Shown piece after piece: positions 46,672-48,652 of a DNA stretch of 48,652 nucleotides (its first letter is position 1; every line of letters starts with the position of its first letter). The notes under the pieces are model-generated. The model was not told the DNA's origin. It was given only the letters and a program-made list of their open reading frames with translations, and did no database searches. The stretch is taken from IMG/VR virus record IMGVR_UViG_3300023218_000070, positions 1-48,652 of that record; one strand, written 5' to 3'. This DNA is from a virus (taxonomy: Duplodnaviria > Caudoviricetes). Position numbers and translations under genes: made by a program.

Positions 46672-46757
46672 TTCTGCACCGCCCTACCGTTGCCATGATG
46701 TCCACCATAGAGCCCATTCACGAGTTTCGCTTCGGCCTTCCACTGTTCCATCGTCAT
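46668..46757 (-). CDS. 29-aa hypothetical peptide
   Basis: AAGGAG RBS right after the 46778 promoter; ATGA overlap with the next gene. Confidence 0.45.
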   Translation of the reverse strand: MTMEQWKAEAKLVNGLYGGHHGNGRAVQK

Positions 46758-46777
46758 TGTTCGCTCCTTCCACCCCA

Positions 46778-46806
46778 AGTATGCCAAACGATTCCACGGT
46801 TGGCAA
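46778..46806 (-). promoter_or_regulatory. Sigma70-type promoter TTGCCA-N17-CATACT (with TG extension)
   Basis: Part of a ~50-bp repeat shared with 48474-48526 and, in deleted form, 47260-47294. Confidence 0.82.
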
Positions 46807-46885
46807 GTGAAGTAGGTGGAATTTTCGTCACCGTCGCCGCGATGGCCTTCAGGCTCTCATCCACAATGTGTTCCTTCATACGAAG

Positions 46886-47119
46886 TCATAGCCTTCTCAG
46901 GAATCGATCCCGGGTTTCGGGATCGCGAGCCCAATACGACCACCGCCGATTGCTCTCCACGGGTCGATCACCATGCCAATCCCAAACCACGATGCCCCCT
47001 GATCGGAACTCGCACTGCTGGGCATCGCAGTCAATATCATCTCGCTCCGGTTCACCGAGCAATTCCACCAGCCGGTAATAGTCAGCGAACAAGATGCCCT
47101 GTTTATGCGTCATAATCAC
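46886..47119 (-). CDS. Hypothetical protein
   Basis: 77-aa ORF, YYRLVELLGEP...VVWDW...WS, in the early region. Confidence 0.55.
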   Translation of the reverse strand: MIMTHKQGILFADYYRLVELLGEPERDDIDCDAQQCEFRSGGIVVWDWHGDRPVESNRRWSYWARDPETRDRFLRRL

Positions 47120-47265
47120 GCCTCATGGCCAGAGCATCGCCTTGACCCGCTCGGGCGGGTGTGAGGGGAGTCTTTATGCCTCGTTACCGGATTCGGCTCT
47201 TGCCCCGGCCATCTCCGTCGCCCAAGCCACCAGATTCCGTCCTCCAATGGTTCATGCTCACCCCA

Positions 47266-47284
47266 AGTATGCCACGGTTGGCAA
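47266..47284 (-). promoter_or_regulatory. Promoter-repeat copy with a 10-bp spacer deletion (TTGCCA-N7-CATACT)
   Basis: Flanks match the other copies, but the spacer is ACCGTGG instead of ACCGTGGAATCGTTTGG. Confidence 0.7.
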
Positions 47285-47303
47285 GTGAAGTAGGAAGAAA
47301 AAA

Positions 47304-48287
47304 TTACACCAGGGCCATTGCCTCTTGGAACCCCACCTGCTTGTCTCGGGCGGAACCTCCGAAGAGATTTGAGTGGACGCGAGCATCGGAGGAACTGACG
47401 GGCAGATACCGTCCGCGCTGATGATCATGCCACTGACTGACCGCGTTGTATGCGGCCCAAGCCGTACCTCGGATCTCCTTCAGGGCATCCTCCATGTTCT
47501 CTTCCCAGCTAGTGAGGATCTTGTCGCGATGCCTTAGCTGCCTCTCAAACCCGTCAGGAATCACCCCCCAAGTCCGATCATAAACAGTCCGGAAGTACTG
47601 TCGGACTTGGTCGGCCTTCAGATGCTGGGCCGCAAGCAGCCGGACCTTCGACTCAAAGTGAATCGACGCCTGCGTAGCAATGCCCAGGGCGAGGCGGGCA
47701 TGCTCCAGCTTGGTCTTCAGATCCCCGGTGTGCCAGATTCGGATCCCCTTGGATCCGTCTCGCTCGCTCATGCGGAGCGTATTGGCGCAGACCACCCGCA
47801 CACTGGTGGGGTGGACGCTAAATGCCGCACCAGCGTCGTGATTGTTGCGGACGAGGATGTAGTTGTGCAGAATGTCCTCATCCGTCACCTCAATCGTGTG
47901 CGGAAGCCGTACGAGGGCAAAGACCACTCGACCTTCTCGCAGACTGCCAGCAGTCTCCACTTCGACGCCCTCCTCAACACCCGAGATGGCGTCGGCAAAC
48001 TCGGCCATCTCCATATTGTCAACGGGCTGGTACTGCTGCGACACGATGCCTAGAGGGGTGTGTGTGTCGAGACGGTAGTGAAGCCTGTGACTGCTCACGG
48101 GCAGTGAGTCGCCTTCCTCGGTCTGCGCGACCAGATCAGCCAGCCCGGTCTTCCAATCCAGACCGATCTCTCTGAAGCCCTCAGTCGCCTTCAGTCCCGC
48201 AGGAAGCTCCTGACCCAGCCCATGCCACGCACGCTGGCCGACGTAGCCGAAACGATCCGATTCCGTGATTCTGTGTCCCATACTCAT
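47304..48287 (-). CDS. DUF932 (phage/plasmid LGT_TIGR03299-like) protein
   Basis: AWHGLG, ETAGSLREG, PTSVRVVCANTL and GTAWAAYNAV. Confidence 0.88.
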   Translation of the reverse strand: MSMGHRITESDRFGYVGQRAWHGLGQELPAGLKATEGFREIGLDWKTGLADLVAQTEEGDSLPVSSHRLHYRLDTHTPLGIVSQQYQPVDNMEMAEFADAISGVEEGVEVETAGSLREGRVVFALVRLPHTIEVTDEDILHNYILVRNNHDAGAAFSVHPTSVRVVCANTLRMSERDGSKGIRIWHTGDLKTKLEHARLALGIATQASIHFESKVRLLAAQHLKADQVRQYFRTVYDRTWGVIPDGFERQLRHRDKILTSWEENMEDALKEIRGTAWAAYNAVSQWHDHQRGRYLPVSSSDARVHSNLFGGSARDKQVGFQEAMALV

Positions 48288-48460
48288 CCTCCCCTCGAAA
48301 GAATCCAGTTTCCCTTGCGACCGACCCGACGCCAGACTGTGATCCGCTTCCCGGTCTTGAGAACCGCCTTCGCATACTTGTATGCCCCGACGACGATCAC
48401 GGTATCGAGCTCAAGTTCAGCCTTGTCCATGTCATCGCCGTTCCAAACCTTGATCATCAT
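48284..48460 (-). CDS. Small early hypothetical protein
   Basis: AGGAG RBS just after the 48480 promoter; ATGA overlap with the DUF932 gene. Confidence 0.55.
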   Translation of the reverse strand: MMIKVWNGDDMDKAELELDTVIVVGAYKYAKAVLKTGKRITVWRRVGRKGNWILSRGG

Positions 48461-48479
48461 GACTGATTCTCCTACCCCA

Positions 48480-48508
48480 AGTATGCCAAACGATTCCATG
48501 ATTGGCAA
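48480..48508 (-). promoter_or_regulatory. Sigma70-type promoter TTGCCA-N17-CATACT heading the early/replication transcript
   Basis: Exact hexamers and 17-nt spacer; an RBS and ATG follow. Confidence 0.82.
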
Positions 48509-48539
48509 GTGAAGTAGGTGGAATTTCTTCGCAAGCCCA

Positions 48540-48652
48540 GGTTGGAAGTCTTGGGAGTCAGCTGGGAGTCAGCTGGGAGTCGCGCAAATCGGCCCTCACG
48601 TGCCCGTCAAGGGGGTTTTTGTGCGCCTGACTCCCAAGACTCCTCTCTTTTT
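48540..48652. repeat. Left part of the duplicated ~269-bp element (terminal copy)
   Basis: 48540-48652 is identical to 26091-26203. Confidence 0.95.

Noticed and set aside
539-48512. Numerous long plus-strand ORFs (e.g. 1152-2042, 6029-6898, 11188-11961, 13888-14967, 39051-39794)
   Set aside because: They are antisense shadows of well-supported minus-strand genes in GC-rich DNA and show no recognisable motifs.
1-48652. Temperate lifestyle (integrase, repressor, att sites, partition genes)
   Set aside because: No tyrosine/serine recombinase, CI-like repressor or ParA recognised, and no host genes at the ends.

Overview
This looks like an essentially complete tailed dsDNA phage genome (siphovirus; gene content and order resemble YuA/M6-like phages). 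Nearly every gene is on the minus strand. It has two halves: a morphogenesis module (about 450-26060: terS, terL, portal, head, tail, tail tip) and a replication/DNA-modification/early module (about 26500-48460: sigma factor, MTase, primase-helicase, PolA, class II RNR, helicases). A ~269-bp iteron-rich, dyad-symmetric element sits at both module boundaries, once internally (26091-26359) and once split across the window ends, so the molecule appears circular. The best candidate for a new system is a thymidine-hypermodification operon (35002-40666). It encodes a dUMP hydroxymethylase-like enzyme, a split 5-hmdU DNA kinase and an amino acid:DNA transferase-like enzyme. Where characterised phages have PLP decarboxylase/radical-SAM genes, it has a myo-inositol-phosphate synthase and a CX5R phosphatase, which suggests an inositol-substituted thymine in DNA (inference). 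Other points of interest: a non-canonical tRNA-like cloverleaf abutting a helicase start codon, a TTGCCA-N17-CATACT promoter family, a phage sigma-70 factor, and no recognisable endolysin or integrase. All family calls come from recognising motifs by eye; no database searches were run.
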